DNA of 64,000 nucleotides from an uncultured Hyphomicrobiales bacterium (GTDB lineage: Bacteria; Pseudomonadota; Alphaproteobacteria; Rhizobiales; Xanthobacteraceae). The stretch spans positions 28,578-92,577 of the forward strand of contig CAZNPX010000006.1 in assembly GCA_964575175.1 (NCBI GenBank). Direction: 5' to 3'. Shown in pieces: positions 27,757-35,640 of this stretch. Numbering within the stretch: the first letter of the stretch is position 1; each line of letters begins with the position of its first letter. The translations under genes were made by a program, and so were the position numbers. The notes under the pieces are model-generated. The model made no database searches, had not been told where the DNA came from, and saw nothing but the letters and a program-made list of their open reading frames with translations.

Positions 27757-28923
27757 TCAGGCCCGGAAGCGGAATTCCGAGAGGTCCAGATGCGGCTCGC
27801 CGAGGGCCATCTGCGCCACGGCCTCGCCGATCGCCGCCGAATGCTTGAAGCCGTGGCCGGAGCAAGGCGACGCGACGATTACGCGCGCATGCGCCGGGTG
27901 CCGGTCGATCACGAACCGGCTGTCGGGCACGCTCGTATAAAGACAGACGTCGGAGCGGACGCATTCGGGCGACAGGCCGGGGAAATAAGGACCGACATAC
28001 TCTTCGTAGAGCGCGGACTGCTCGGCCGCCGAAACGCTCCGCGCCATGTGCTCCGGGTCGGCCGCCGTGTCGTACTGCTCGGTGGAGATTTTCACGCCCT
28101 GCTCCGGTCCCTCGAGCGCGGGGAAGCCGTAGGAAATCTGCTCGCCCGGCACCTGCCAGACGAAGGCGGGAAAGCGGGCCGGCTGAAAATCCTCGAACCG
28201 CGCGCCGTCCCTGACGCGAAACCAGCACACGATCTGCCGGGTGATCTTCAGCCCCGGCATGTGCTTCACGTCCATCAAATCCGGGAGCCACGGCCCCGCG
28301 GCGACGATCACGTTCGCTGCCGTATATTCGCCCGCCGCCGTCTTCACGCGAACGCCGCCCGCGGTTTCCTCGAACGACAGCGCCCGCTCGTTCAGGCGAA
28401 CCTGCGCGCCGGATTGCCGCGCGAGCCGCAACTGCACTTCGACGCAACGTTCCGGCCACAGGAAGCCACCCACGCGGTCGTAATAGACCGCGTCGTCGTC
28501 TTTTACGTTGAAGGCCGGGCAGCGCTTGCGAAATTCGCGGCCGTCGAGAATTTCGTATGCGATGCCGGCGGCCTTGGCGGCCGCGATGGTGACTTCCAGA
28601 AACTCCGCGTTGCCCGCCTTCGCCGCGCGGCGGGTCTTTCCGGCAATCGAGGCGAAGCCGTTTTGCGTGAGCAGCGCGGCGCCGGACTCCCGCTCGATCT
28701 CGCGCCACAGGAGATTGGAGCGCAACGCGAGCGGCGTGTATTCGAGGCCCTCGCCGCAGGCGACGCGCGTGATCCGGCTTTCGCCGTGGGTCGAGCCCAG
28801 GCGATGCGGCGGCGCGTAGCGGTCGCAGCCGAGGACCTTCGCGCCGCGCTTCGCCAGTTGATACAGCGCGGCCGAACCCATCGCGCCGAGGCCGATGACG
28901 ATGACGTCGAAATCCGGGTCCAA
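27757..28923 (-). CDS. monomeric sarcosine oxidase / N-methyltryptophan oxidase family flavoprotein
   Basis: DFDVIVIGLGAMGSAALYQLAKRG dinucleotide fold and C-terminal SPCSGHGFK covalent-FAD cysteine motif. Start set to TTG 28923 (AGGGAA SD); alternative GTG at 28953. Confidence 0.8.
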   Translation of the reverse strand: MDPDFDVIVIGLGAMGSAALYQLAKRGAKVLGCDRYAPPHRLGSTHGESRITRVACGEGLEYTPLALRSNLLWREIERESGAALLTQNGFASIAGKTRRAAKAGNAEFLEVTIAAAKAAGIAYEILDGREFRKRCPAFNVKDDDAVYYDRVGGFLWPERCVEVQLRLARQSGAQVRLNERALSFEETAGGVRVKTAAGEYTAANVIVAAGPWLPDLMDVKHMPGLKITRQIVCWFRVRDGARFEDFQPARFPAFVWQVPGEQISYGFPALEGPEQGVKISTEQYDTAADPEHMARSVSAAEQSALYEEYVGPYFPGLSPECVRSDVCLYTSVPDSRFVIDRHPAHARVIVASPCSGHGFKHSAAIGEAVAQMALGEPHLDLSEFRFRA

Positions 28924-29036
28924 CGAAAATTCCCTGAGGTTTCGCCACGGCACGAGCGCGGCGCGGCTGCCGCAAGCTCTACCAGAAAATTCCGCCGCGC
29001 AAACGGAGAGACGCCGCCGCGGCGGCGGCGCGGAAA

Positions 29037-30428
29037 TCAGACCGCGTGCGAATGGCGGGTCTGCCGTTCCTCCAGATAGCGGTCGAATATGCTCGCGACG
29101 ATCCGGGCGAAGGGCCTGCCCCGATCCGTCACCTCGATCCGCCGCCCGAGCCGGCGGACCAGTCCCTGCGTCGCCAGCAGATCCACTTTGGCAAGCTCGC
29201 GCGAGAAGATCGTCGGCAGGCGGTGCTTCAGGACGAGCTTGTCGATGTCCACGCGGAAGCTGCACATGATGCGCTCGATGATCTCGGCGCGGAGCAGGTC
29301 CTCCCGGCTCAGCACGGCGCCGCGTATGGTCGCGAGCTTGCCGTAGCGAATTTCCGCGGAGTACGCCGCGGCGGCCGGATGATTCTGCGCGTAGCCTTGC
29401 GGCAGGCGGCTGATCGCGGAAGCGCCGAGCCCGATCAGCGCGGGGCTGTCGTCGTCGGTGTAGCCCTGAAAATTCCGGTGCAGCGTGCCGCGCCCGGCCG
29501 CGCTCGCAAGATTATCGCCGGGCAACACATAATGATCGATGCCGACCGGCACGTATCCGAGTTCGAGCCATGCCTGCGCCGCCGTCAGCGCCTGCCGGTA
29601 GCGCTCCTCCGCGTCCGGCAGGGTGCGGACGTCGATCAGGGTCTGCTGCTTCTTGAACCACGGAACATGCGCGTAGCCGAACACCGCGACGCGCTGCGGC
29701 CGAAAGCGCGCGGCCAGGGTCGCGCTGAAGCGGATGTCCTCGACGGTCTGCTTCGGCAGGCCGTACATCAGGTCGATGCCGATATTGCCGATGCCGTTCC
29801 TTTCGAGCACCTTCACCGCGGCCTCGACAAGCTCGAACGGCTGCACGCGGCCGATTGCCTGCTGCACTTCGGCGGAAAATTCCTGCACGCCGAGATTTGC
29901 GCGATTGATGCCGATTGCGGCCAGCGTCTCGACGAGGCCGCCATCGAGCCGCCGCGGATCGAGTTCGATCGCGTGTTCGTTCAGCGTGGAGAGATCGAAG
30001 CTGCGCGCGAGTGCGCGGAAAATCTGTTGCAGCCCATCGACGCCGACGATGGACGGGGTTCCGCCGCCCCAGTGAATCCGCCGGACCTTCCTGCTGCCGG
30101 AAAGCCGCGCGAGCAGCGAGATTTCGGTAATCAGGTCGCGGACGTAATGCTCGACGGGCTCCATGCGCCGCGTCGCATGCGTATTGCATCCGCAATAATG
30201 ACAGAGCTCCCGGCAGAACGGCACATGCAGATAGAGCGACAGCCCTGCCTGCGACGGGATCGCCGCAAGCCAGCCTGCATAAACTTCAGGGGTAACCGTG
30301 GCCGCGAAGTTCGGCGCGGTCGGATAGGATGTGTAACGCGGTACCGCCCGCTCAGCGAACGGATCGCCGGGCTGCGCCGGTCCCGCGGCCGGCGCATCAC
30401 GCGGCAGATCGGTGTCCGGCTTCACCAT
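29037..30428 (-). CDS. hemN: oxygen-independent coproporphyrinogen III oxidase
   Basis: 463-aa ORF with PRYTSYPTAP N-terminus and radical-SAM CRELCHYCGC motif. Confidence 0.9.
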   Translation of the reverse strand: MVKPDTDLPRDAPAAGPAQPGDPFAERAVPRYTSYPTAPNFAATVTPEVYAGWLAAIPSQAGLSLYLHVPFCRELCHYCGCNTHATRRMEPVEHYVRDLITEISLLARLSGSRKVRRIHWGGGTPSIVGVDGLQQIFRALARSFDLSTLNEHAIELDPRRLDGGLVETLAAIGINRANLGVQEFSAEVQQAIGRVQPFELVEAAVKVLERNGIGNIGIDLMYGLPKQTVEDIRFSATLAARFRPQRVAVFGYAHVPWFKKQQTLIDVRTLPDAEERYRQALTAAQAWLELGYVPVGIDHYVLPGDNLASAAGRGTLHRNFQGYTDDDSPALIGLGASAISRLPQGYAQNHPAAAAYSAEIRYGKLATIRGAVLSREDLLRAEIIERIMCSFRVDIDKLVLKHRLPTIFSRELAKVDLLATQGLVRRLGRRIEVTDRGRPFARIVASIFDRYLEERQTRHSHAV

Positions 30429-30446
30429 CGGCTCCGCGGCGTGCCG

Positions 30447-31133
30447 TCAGATCCACGCCGGCAAAGGCTCGAGCGCCAGATTGTCCTTGACCGACCTGAC
30501 GCCGGGGGTGCCCTCGATCGCGATGCGGACGGCGCTGCGTTCGGCTTCCGAGCGCACCAGTCCCCACAGGTGGACCACGCCGCCGCTTACGGTGACGTTC
30601 AGCATGGTCACGTTGGTCCAGCGCTCGGCTTCCAGCCGGTTCTGGATGTTGCGGCGGACTTCCTCGTCGCTGAGCATCTGCCGCTCGTCCTGCGGCGCCG
30701 TCGCAATCGCCTGCACCAGATTGGCGCGCGTGACGATGCCGACCAGCTTTCCGGCCTCGATCACCGGGACGCGCTTGATGTTGCGGCTCTCGAACAGGTT
30801 GGCGATCTCGGACAGCGGCGTATCCGGCACGACGGCAACGATATCGCGCGTCATGAGGTCCTTCACCTGCGTCGCGTGCGAGCGGGCATATTGCTGCGCG
30901 AGCTCGATGTTACCGGCGAAGAAGGAAAGCCACGAGCGCCGCGGCGCCTCCGTGCCGATTTCGGCACGGCGGATCAGGTCGCCCTCGCTGACGATGCCGA
31001 TGACGTTGCCGGCATCGTCGACGATGGGAAGCGCGCTGATATGGTTTTCGGTGAGGATTTTCGCGACGTCGCGGACGGTCATATCCGCCTTTCCGGTTTT
31101 CACCGGGGAGACCATTACGTGCCGGGCTCTCAT
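30447..31133 (-). CDS. CBS-pair + BON domain protein
   Basis: Start reset to ATG 31133. Two CBS repeats (VMVSPV...ISALPIVDDAGNVIGIVSEGDL; LMTRDIVAV...IKRVPVIEAGKLVGIVTRANL) and a C-terminal BON-like segment (VTVSGGVVHLWGLVRSEAERSAV). Confidence 0.8.
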   Translation of the reverse strand: MRARHVMVSPVKTGKADMTVRDVAKILTENHISALPIVDDAGNVIGIVSEGDLIRRAEIGTEAPRRSWLSFFAGNIELAQQYARSHATQVKDLMTRDIVAVVPDTPLSEIANLFESRNIKRVPVIEAGKLVGIVTRANLVQAIATAPQDERQMLSDEEVRRNIQNRLEAERWTNVTMLNVTVSGGVVHLWGLVRSEAERSAVRIAIEGTPGVRSVKDNLALEPLPAWI

Positions 31134-31144
31134 GGCTGCCTCCG

Positions 31145-31849
31145 TCAGGAGTTGAGGTTGCGAAGTGCTGCGCGATTCTTCAGCCGGACCTTGCGCGAGC
31201 TCGGCAATTCGATGACCGCCTTGCGCTCGAAGCTGGAGAACGTCCGCGAGATCGTCTCGATGGTAAGACCGAGGTAATCGGCAATATCCTGCCGCGACAT
31301 CGGCAGATCGAATTCGTTGCGGTTGACGGAGCGATCCGCCATTTCGACGAGGAAGGACGCGACGCGCTCCTGCGCGCTCGAGCGGCCGAGCAGAACCATC
31401 TGATCGTGGACGTGATCGAGCTCGCGCGCTGTCATCTCCCACAGCTCGCGGGCAACCGTCGCATCGGTTTGCGCGAGCGCCGCCAGCGTCGAGCGCTTCA
31501 TCGCGATCACCACGGTGTCGGCCATGGCTTCGGCGGAGAAGCGGTGATTTCCGCCCGAGCCCAGGCCGAAAATATCGCCCGGCAGATAGAACGCGCCGAT
31601 CTGCCGGCGGCCGTCGTCGAGAAGCTTGTAGGTGCGGACCGAGCCGCTCTGGATTCTGTAGACGTACTCGGCCTCCTCGCCCTGCCCGTAGATTTCCTCG
31701 TTGCGGGCGTAGTTGAGCTTCAAGCCCATGAGCTCGAGCGAGTTCCGGAAACCCTGCTCCCGGAGGACGCCGTTCGCGGTCTTCGGGACGCTGCGCGGCA
31801 CGGCGTAAGCCGACGCCGGATGGGAGACTTGCGTGGCCTGAGCGAGCAT
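31145..31849 (-). CDS. fixK: Crp/Fnr family regulator, FixK type
   Basis: cNMP-binding-like barrel plus C-terminal HTH ([22 protein letters not shown]). No N-terminal Cys cluster, so not Fnr. Divergent from fixLJ. Confidence 0.85.
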   Translation of the reverse strand: MLAQATQVSHPASAYAVPRSVPKTANGVLREQGFRNSLELMGLKLNYARNEEIYGQGEEAEYVYRIQSGSVRTYKLLDDGRRQIGAFYLPGDIFGLGSGGNHRFSAEAMADTVVIAMKRSTLAALAQTDATVARELWEMTARELDHVHDQMVLLGRSSAQERVASFLVEMADRSVNRNEFDLPMSRQDIADYLGLTIETISRTFSSFERKAVIELPSSRKVRLKNRAALRNLNS

Positions 31850-31974
31850 GGGTTTCTCCTGCGGTACAGGTGAAACGGTTAGCTGGCGCCGCGGCCGCGG
31901 ACCATTCCGGCCGATGCCCTAAGGACTATTCCGTAGGCGTGATTTGCATAAGAATTTCAGGCTATTATCGAGCC

Positions 31975-33471
31975 ATGAAGGTGCCCGAGGCTATAAAAAA
32001 CGGTGCAAGGCGGCTGTGGTCGCTGGACCTGACGATGCAGAGCCCGTGGTCGCGCTATGCCGCGGTGATTCCGGTCGTCGCCGCCGCGCTCGCGGTCCGC
32101 GCGAGCCTGCAACCGCTGATCGGCAACGAAGCGCTCTTTCTTCTCTTCGTTCCCGCCGCGCTGGCGGCGGCCATGATCGGCGGCTTCGGGCCGGGCGTCG
32201 CGGCGACGCTGCTCAGCTTTGCGGTCGGCTACATCTTCTTTCTCGGACAGAGCGCTCCCGCCGCGCACCTCGTCTCCAACAGCATCGCCTTCGTGGCTTC
32301 GGGAATCGCAATCGCGGCCTTCGGCGGCTGGACCCGGACCACGCGGCGGGCGGCGGCGGCGCGCGAAGCGCACCTGAACTCGATTCTCGATACCGTTCCC
32401 GACGCGATGATCGTGATCGACAGCAAGGGCATGATCCAGTCCTTCAGCGCCGCCGCCGAGCGCCTGTTCGGATACAGGGCCGCCGAAGTCCGCGGCGGCA
32501 ATGTCAGCGTGCTGATGCCCACGCCCTATCGCGAGGCGCATGACGGCTATCTGGAAAAATACCTGCGCACCGGCGAGCGCCGGATCATCGGCATCGGCCG
32601 CGTCGTCGTGGGCGAGCGCAAGGACGGCTCGACATTCCCCATGGAGCTTGCGGTCGGCGAAATGATCTCCGGCAAGGAGCAATATTTCACCGGCTTCGTC
32701 CGCGACCTGACCGAGCGCCAGGAAACCGACGCCCGGCTGCAGGAGTTGCAGGCGGAGCTGGTCCACATCTCGCGCCTGTCGGCCATGGGCGAAATGGCCT
32801 CCACGCTCGCGCACGAGCTCAACCAGCCGCTCACCGCCATCGCCAACTACATGAAAGGCTCGAGCCGCATCGTCAGCGAGCTGGAATCGGATCGCGCGCC
32901 GATGCTGAAATCCGCGCTGGACAAATCCGCCGAACAGGCGGTGCGCGCCGGGCAGATCATCCGCAGGCTCCGCGATTTCGTCGCCCGCGGCGAGAGCGAG
33001 CGCAGCATCGACAGCCTCTCCAAAATCATCGAGGAAGCCAGCGCGCTGGCGCTGGTGGGGGCGAAGGAATCCGGCATCCATGTCCGCATGCGGCTCGACC
33101 CCGACGGCGACCTCGCCTTCGTGGACCGGATCCAGATCCAGCAGGTGCTCCTGAATCTCATCCGGAACGCCATCGACGCGATGATGCAGAGCCCGCGCAA
33201 GGAGCTCTCGATCCTGAAGCACGCGCCGGTCGACGGGATGGTGGTCATCACCGTCTCCGACACCGGACCGGGCATCGATCCCGACATTCGCGGGCAACTG
33301 TTCCAGCCGTTCGTGACCACGAAATCGGACGGCATGGGGGTCGGCCTTTCCATCTCCCGCACCATCATCGACGCGCATGGCGGCAAGCTATGGGTGGACG
33401 ACAATGCCGATGGCGGCGCGTCCTTCCGCTTCAGCCTGCCGGTCGCGCATGGCAGCAAGAGCAAAGAGTAA
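31975..33471 (+). CDS. fixL: oxygen sensor histidine kinase FixL (with membrane N-terminal domain)
   Basis: Heme-PAS signature [43 protein letters not shown]-box [20 protein letters not shown]1 and G2 boxes present. ATG 31975 preferred over GTG 31870. Confidence 0.9.
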   Translation: MKVPEAIKNGARRLWSLDLTMQSPWSRYAAVIPVVAAALAVRASLQPLIGNEALFLLFVPAALAAAMIGGFGPGVAATLLSFAVGYIFFLGQSAPAAHLVSNSIAFVASGIAIAAFGGWTRTTRRAAAAREAHLNSILDTVPDAMIVIDSKGMIQSFSAAAERLFGYRAAEVRGGNVSVLMPTPYREAHDGYLEKYLRTGERRIIGIGRVVVGERKDGSTFPMELAVGEMISGKEQYFTGFVRDLTERQETDARLQELQAELVHISRLSAMGEMASTLAHELNQPLTAIANYMKGSSRIVSELESDRAPMLKSALDKSAEQAVRAGQIIRRLRDFVARGESERSIDSLSKIIEEASALALVGAKESGIHVRMRLDPDGDLAFVDRIQIQQVLLNLIRNAIDAMMQSPRKELSILKHAPVDGMVVITVSDTGPGIDPDIRGQLFQPFVTTKSDGMGVGLSISRTIIDAHGGKLWVDDNADGGASFRFSLPVAHGSKSKE

Positions 33472-33476
33472 AGAGA

Positions 33477-34097
33477 ATGTCCGAGAAGCAGACCGTCCAT
33501 GTGATCGACGACGACGACGCGGCCCGCGATTCGCTGCAATTCCTGCTGGAGACCGCAGGACTGCAGGCGCGGACCTACGAGACGGCGGCGGCGTTCCTGA
33601 AGGAGCTGCCGGCGACGGCCTCGGGTTGCGTCATCACCGACGTGCGGATGCCGGGCATGACCGGGATCGACCTGCTGAAGACCCTGAAGGCGCGGGCCTT
33701 TCCGCTGCCCGTCATCGTCATCACCGGGCACGGCGACATTCCGCTCGCCGTCGAGGCCATGCGCGAGGGGGCCTCGGACTTCCTCGAAAAGCCCTATGAC
33801 GACGAGGCGCTGCTGCAATCGATCTCCCGCGCGGTGGCCTCGTCGAAATCCGCAGCCAATGCGGACGACGAAAAGGCCGACATCCTGCGCCGGGTCGCGG
33901 CGCTTTCCGGGCGCGAGGCGGAAGTGATGACGGGCCTGATCGCGGGCAAATCCAACAAGGTCATCGCCATCGACCTCGAAATCAGCCCCCGCACCGTCGA
34001 AATCTACCGCGCCAACGTGATGTCCAAAATGGGGGCGGACAGCCTGCCGGCCCTCGTCCGCATGGCGATCGTCGCCGGGGTTCCCGAAAGCCGCTGA
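33477..34097 (+). CDS. fixJ: response regulator FixJ (receiver + LuxR-type HTH)
   Basis: Start reset to ATG 33477. Receiver (VHVIDDDDA...DVRMPGMTG...KP) plus LuxR HTH (LSGREAEVMTGLIAGKSNKVIAIDLEISPRTVEIYRANVMSKM). Confidence 0.9.
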   Translation: MSEKQTVHVIDDDDAARDSLQFLLETAGLQARTYETAAAFLKELPATASGCVITDVRMPGMTGIDLLKTLKARAFPLPVIVITGHGDIPLAVEAMREGASDFLEKPYDDEALLQSISRAVASSKSAANADDEKADILRRVAALSGREAEVMTGLIAGKSNKVIAIDLEISPRTVEIYRANVMSKMGADSLPALVRMAIVAGVPESR

Positions 34098-34103
34098 TCC
34101 GGC

Positions 34104-34117
34104 TTGCGCCAGATCAA
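34104..34117. promoter_or_regulatory. FixK-type box TTGCGCCAGATCAA
   Basis: Matches the Bradyrhizobium FixK2 consensus TTG(A/C)-N6-(T/G)CAA. Its centre is 41.5 bp upstream of position ~34152, coincident with ATG 34151. Confidence 0.5.
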
Positions 34118-34150
34118 GGCGCGTACACCGGGACCGGCGCATCATGAAGG

Positions 34151-34603
34151 ATGCCCCCGGCGTCCGTAAAAAAATCCCGATCCGTCCGCATGGCGCCGCG
34201 CAGCACGCGCTCGAAAGGCGTGGTGTTCATCGTCGACGACGATGCGGCGGTGCTGACCTCGCTCCAGTTCGCGCTCGAAATGGAGGGCTACACCGTGCAC
34301 GCTTTTTCCGACGCCAAGGGCCTGCTCGGGCTGCATCACATCGAGCGCCAGGCCTCGCTCGTGATCGACTACCGGCTGCCCGACACCAACGGGCTCGACC
34401 TCGTGCAGCGGCTCCGGGCAAAGGGCGTGACCGCGCCCGCGCTCATCATCACGAGCCATCCCGGCCCGGACCTGAAACGGCGCGCGGCCATGCTCGCGGT
34501 GCCGATCCTGGAAAAGCCCCTGCTCGACAATTCCCTGATCGCGGCGATCCGCGAGCAGCACGAAAGCCCTGCCGCGGGCATGATGAAGCCCGCGAAGAAG
34601 TGA
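34151..34603 (+). CDS. single-domain response regulator (receiver only)
   Basis: Receiver residues present (DDD, VIDYRLPD, ITSH, EKP); no output domain. Start is either ATG 34151 (would be leaderless given the box position) or ATG 34190. Confidence 0.8.
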   Translation: MPPASVKKSRSVRMAPRSTRSKGVVFIVDDDAAVLTSLQFALEMEGYTVHAFSDAKGLLGLHHIERQASLVIDYRLPDTNGLDLVQRLRAKGVTAPALIITSHPGPDLKRRAAMLAVPILEKPLLDNSLIAAIREQHESPAAGMMKPAKK

Positions 34604-34657
34604 TTGTGGTGCCGCGTCGGTTCCGCGTGGCGCGGATCCGGAACGCGCGGCAAAAAT

Positions 34658-34686
34658 AAAAAAGCCCCGGCTGCCGGGGCTTTTTC
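34658..34686. terminator. bidirectional rho-independent terminator
   Basis: AAAAAAGCCCCGG-CTG-CCGGGGCTTTTT: perfect 7-bp GC stem flanked by an A-run and a T-run. Serves the receiver gene (+) and the small ORF (-). Confidence 0.85.
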
Positions 34687-34694
34687 TTTTGGCG

Positions 34695-34719
34695 TTTCTT
34701 TCGTGTCTTTTCTTTCGTG
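34695..34719. repeat. tandem direct repeat, 2 x TTTCTTTCGTG with 14-nt period
   Basis: Read directly. Lies between the small-ORF stop and the terminator. Function unknown. Confidence 0.5.
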
Positions 34720-34732
34720 CCCCGCCGCAGGA

Positions 34733-34840
34733 CTAGCTGCGGAATTGCCGGGTCTGGCGCTCGGCCCAATACAGCCCGCCCATGAACACAAGAAAGAGAA
34801 GCGTGACGAAGACGAGGACGGCAATGGCTTCGAGAGGCAT
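34733..34840 (-). CDS. unannotated 35-aa single-TM peptide (MPLEAIAVLVFVTLLFLVFMGGLYWAERQTRQFRS)
   Basis: Hand-translated; below the 60-aa cutoff of the ORF track. GGAGA SD 6 nt before the ATG, FixK-type box 58 bp upstream, strong terminator 47 nt after the TAG. Confidence 0.55.
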   Translation of the reverse strand: MPLEAIAVLVFVTLLFLVFMGGLYWAERQTRQFRS

Positions 34841-34891
34841 GACGTTTCTCCGTTATCGGGAGAAACATGCTTCAGCCGCGAACGCCGCTCC

Positions 34892-34905
34892 TTGATCTGC
34901 CGCAA
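34892..34905. promoter_or_regulatory. FixK-type box TTGATCTGCCGCAA
   Basis: Matches TTG(A/C)-N6-(T/G)CAA. The centre predicts a minus-strand TSS near 34857, giving a ~16-nt leader with the SD of the 35-codon ORF. Confidence 0.5.
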
Positions 34906-34961
34906 AGCGCGCAAGGGCTTGCGGCGCGCTTCCTCTTGTTACTCTTTGTGTGCTGCCGCGC

Positions 34962-35639
34962 TTATTTCGCCGCCGCGCCGATGCCGGTGATTTTCAGGCC
35001 CGCATCCGGCACCTTATACTTGCGGTTGATCCAGATCAGCACCGAGGTCAGGCTTTCCGCGACGACGGAATTCGCCAGCGGGCCGGCGTCGACCCCGTTC
35101 AGCCCGGCGTCGCCGGCAAGGCCGATCGCGACTTCCCGCGCATCCTTGTCGTCGCAAGCCACGAGCACGTCGCAGTCGATCTTGTGATCGAGCTCCTTGA
35201 GCTTGTGCGCCGAGACGTTCTGGAAGGCGGAAACCACGCGGGTCTGCTCGCCGAGCAGCTTCTGCACGGCGACGACGCACGAATCCGATTCCGGCAACTG
35301 CACCTGCGAAACCTTCGGCGGCACCAGCGGCACCGTGACGTCGATCAGGATTTTTCCGGCGAGCACGTCCTTCAGCCCTTCGACCGTCGGCTTCTGCGCG
35401 GAAAAGGGAACGGTGAGGACGACGATGTCGGCCGCGCTGACGCCGCTGCGGCTGTCCATGGCCTCGACGTTCTGCTTGCCGGTGAGCGCGTTCAGCGCGT
35501 CCGCGGTGGCCTTGGCCTTGCTCACGTCGCGCGAGCCGATAATGACGCGATGACCTTTCACCGCCCAGCGCGCGCCGAGGCCGCTCCCCTCCGCGCCGGT
35601 TCCGCCGACGATGCAGATCGTTTTCACTTCCACGCTCAC
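34962..35639 (-). CDS. npdG: NADPH-dependent F420 reductase (F420:NADP+ oxidoreductase, NpdG/Fno type)
   Basis: ICIVGGTGAEGSGLGARWAVKGHRVIIGSRD Rossmann N-terminus and overall NpdG/Fno layout. GTG 35639 is preceded by GGAGG inside the fbiC 3' end and lies 1 nt after the fbiC stop. Confidence 0.8.
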   Translation of the reverse strand: MSVEVKTICIVGGTGAEGSGLGARWAVKGHRVIIGSRDVSKAKATADALNALTGKQNVEAMDSRSGVSAADIVVLTVPFSAQKPTVEGLKDVLAGKILIDVTVPLVPPKVSQVQLPESDSCVVAVQKLLGEQTRVVSAFQNVSAHKLKELDHKIDCDVLVACDDKDAREVAIGLAGDAGLNGVDAGPLANSVVAESLTSVLIWINRKYKVPDAGLKITGIGAAAK

Positions 35640-35640
35640 G

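Noticed and set aside
25571-28975. 1134-aa minus-strand ORF, and the 973-aa plus-strand ORF 26158..29079, spanning the PiT/DUF47/oxidase region
   Set aside because: Arg/Ala/Gly-rich low-complexity translations running out of frame or antisense to clearly recognisable genes (PiT, DUF47, MSOX-family oxidase). This is a typical high-GC artefact. Only the last 143 codons (NUDIX) of the 1134-aa ORF are real.
30429-30600. Dedicated FixK box upstream of hemN
   Set aside because: I looked for TTG(A/C)-N6-(T/G)CAA on both strands in this stretch and found only non-matching TTGA...TGAC and TTGT... sequences.
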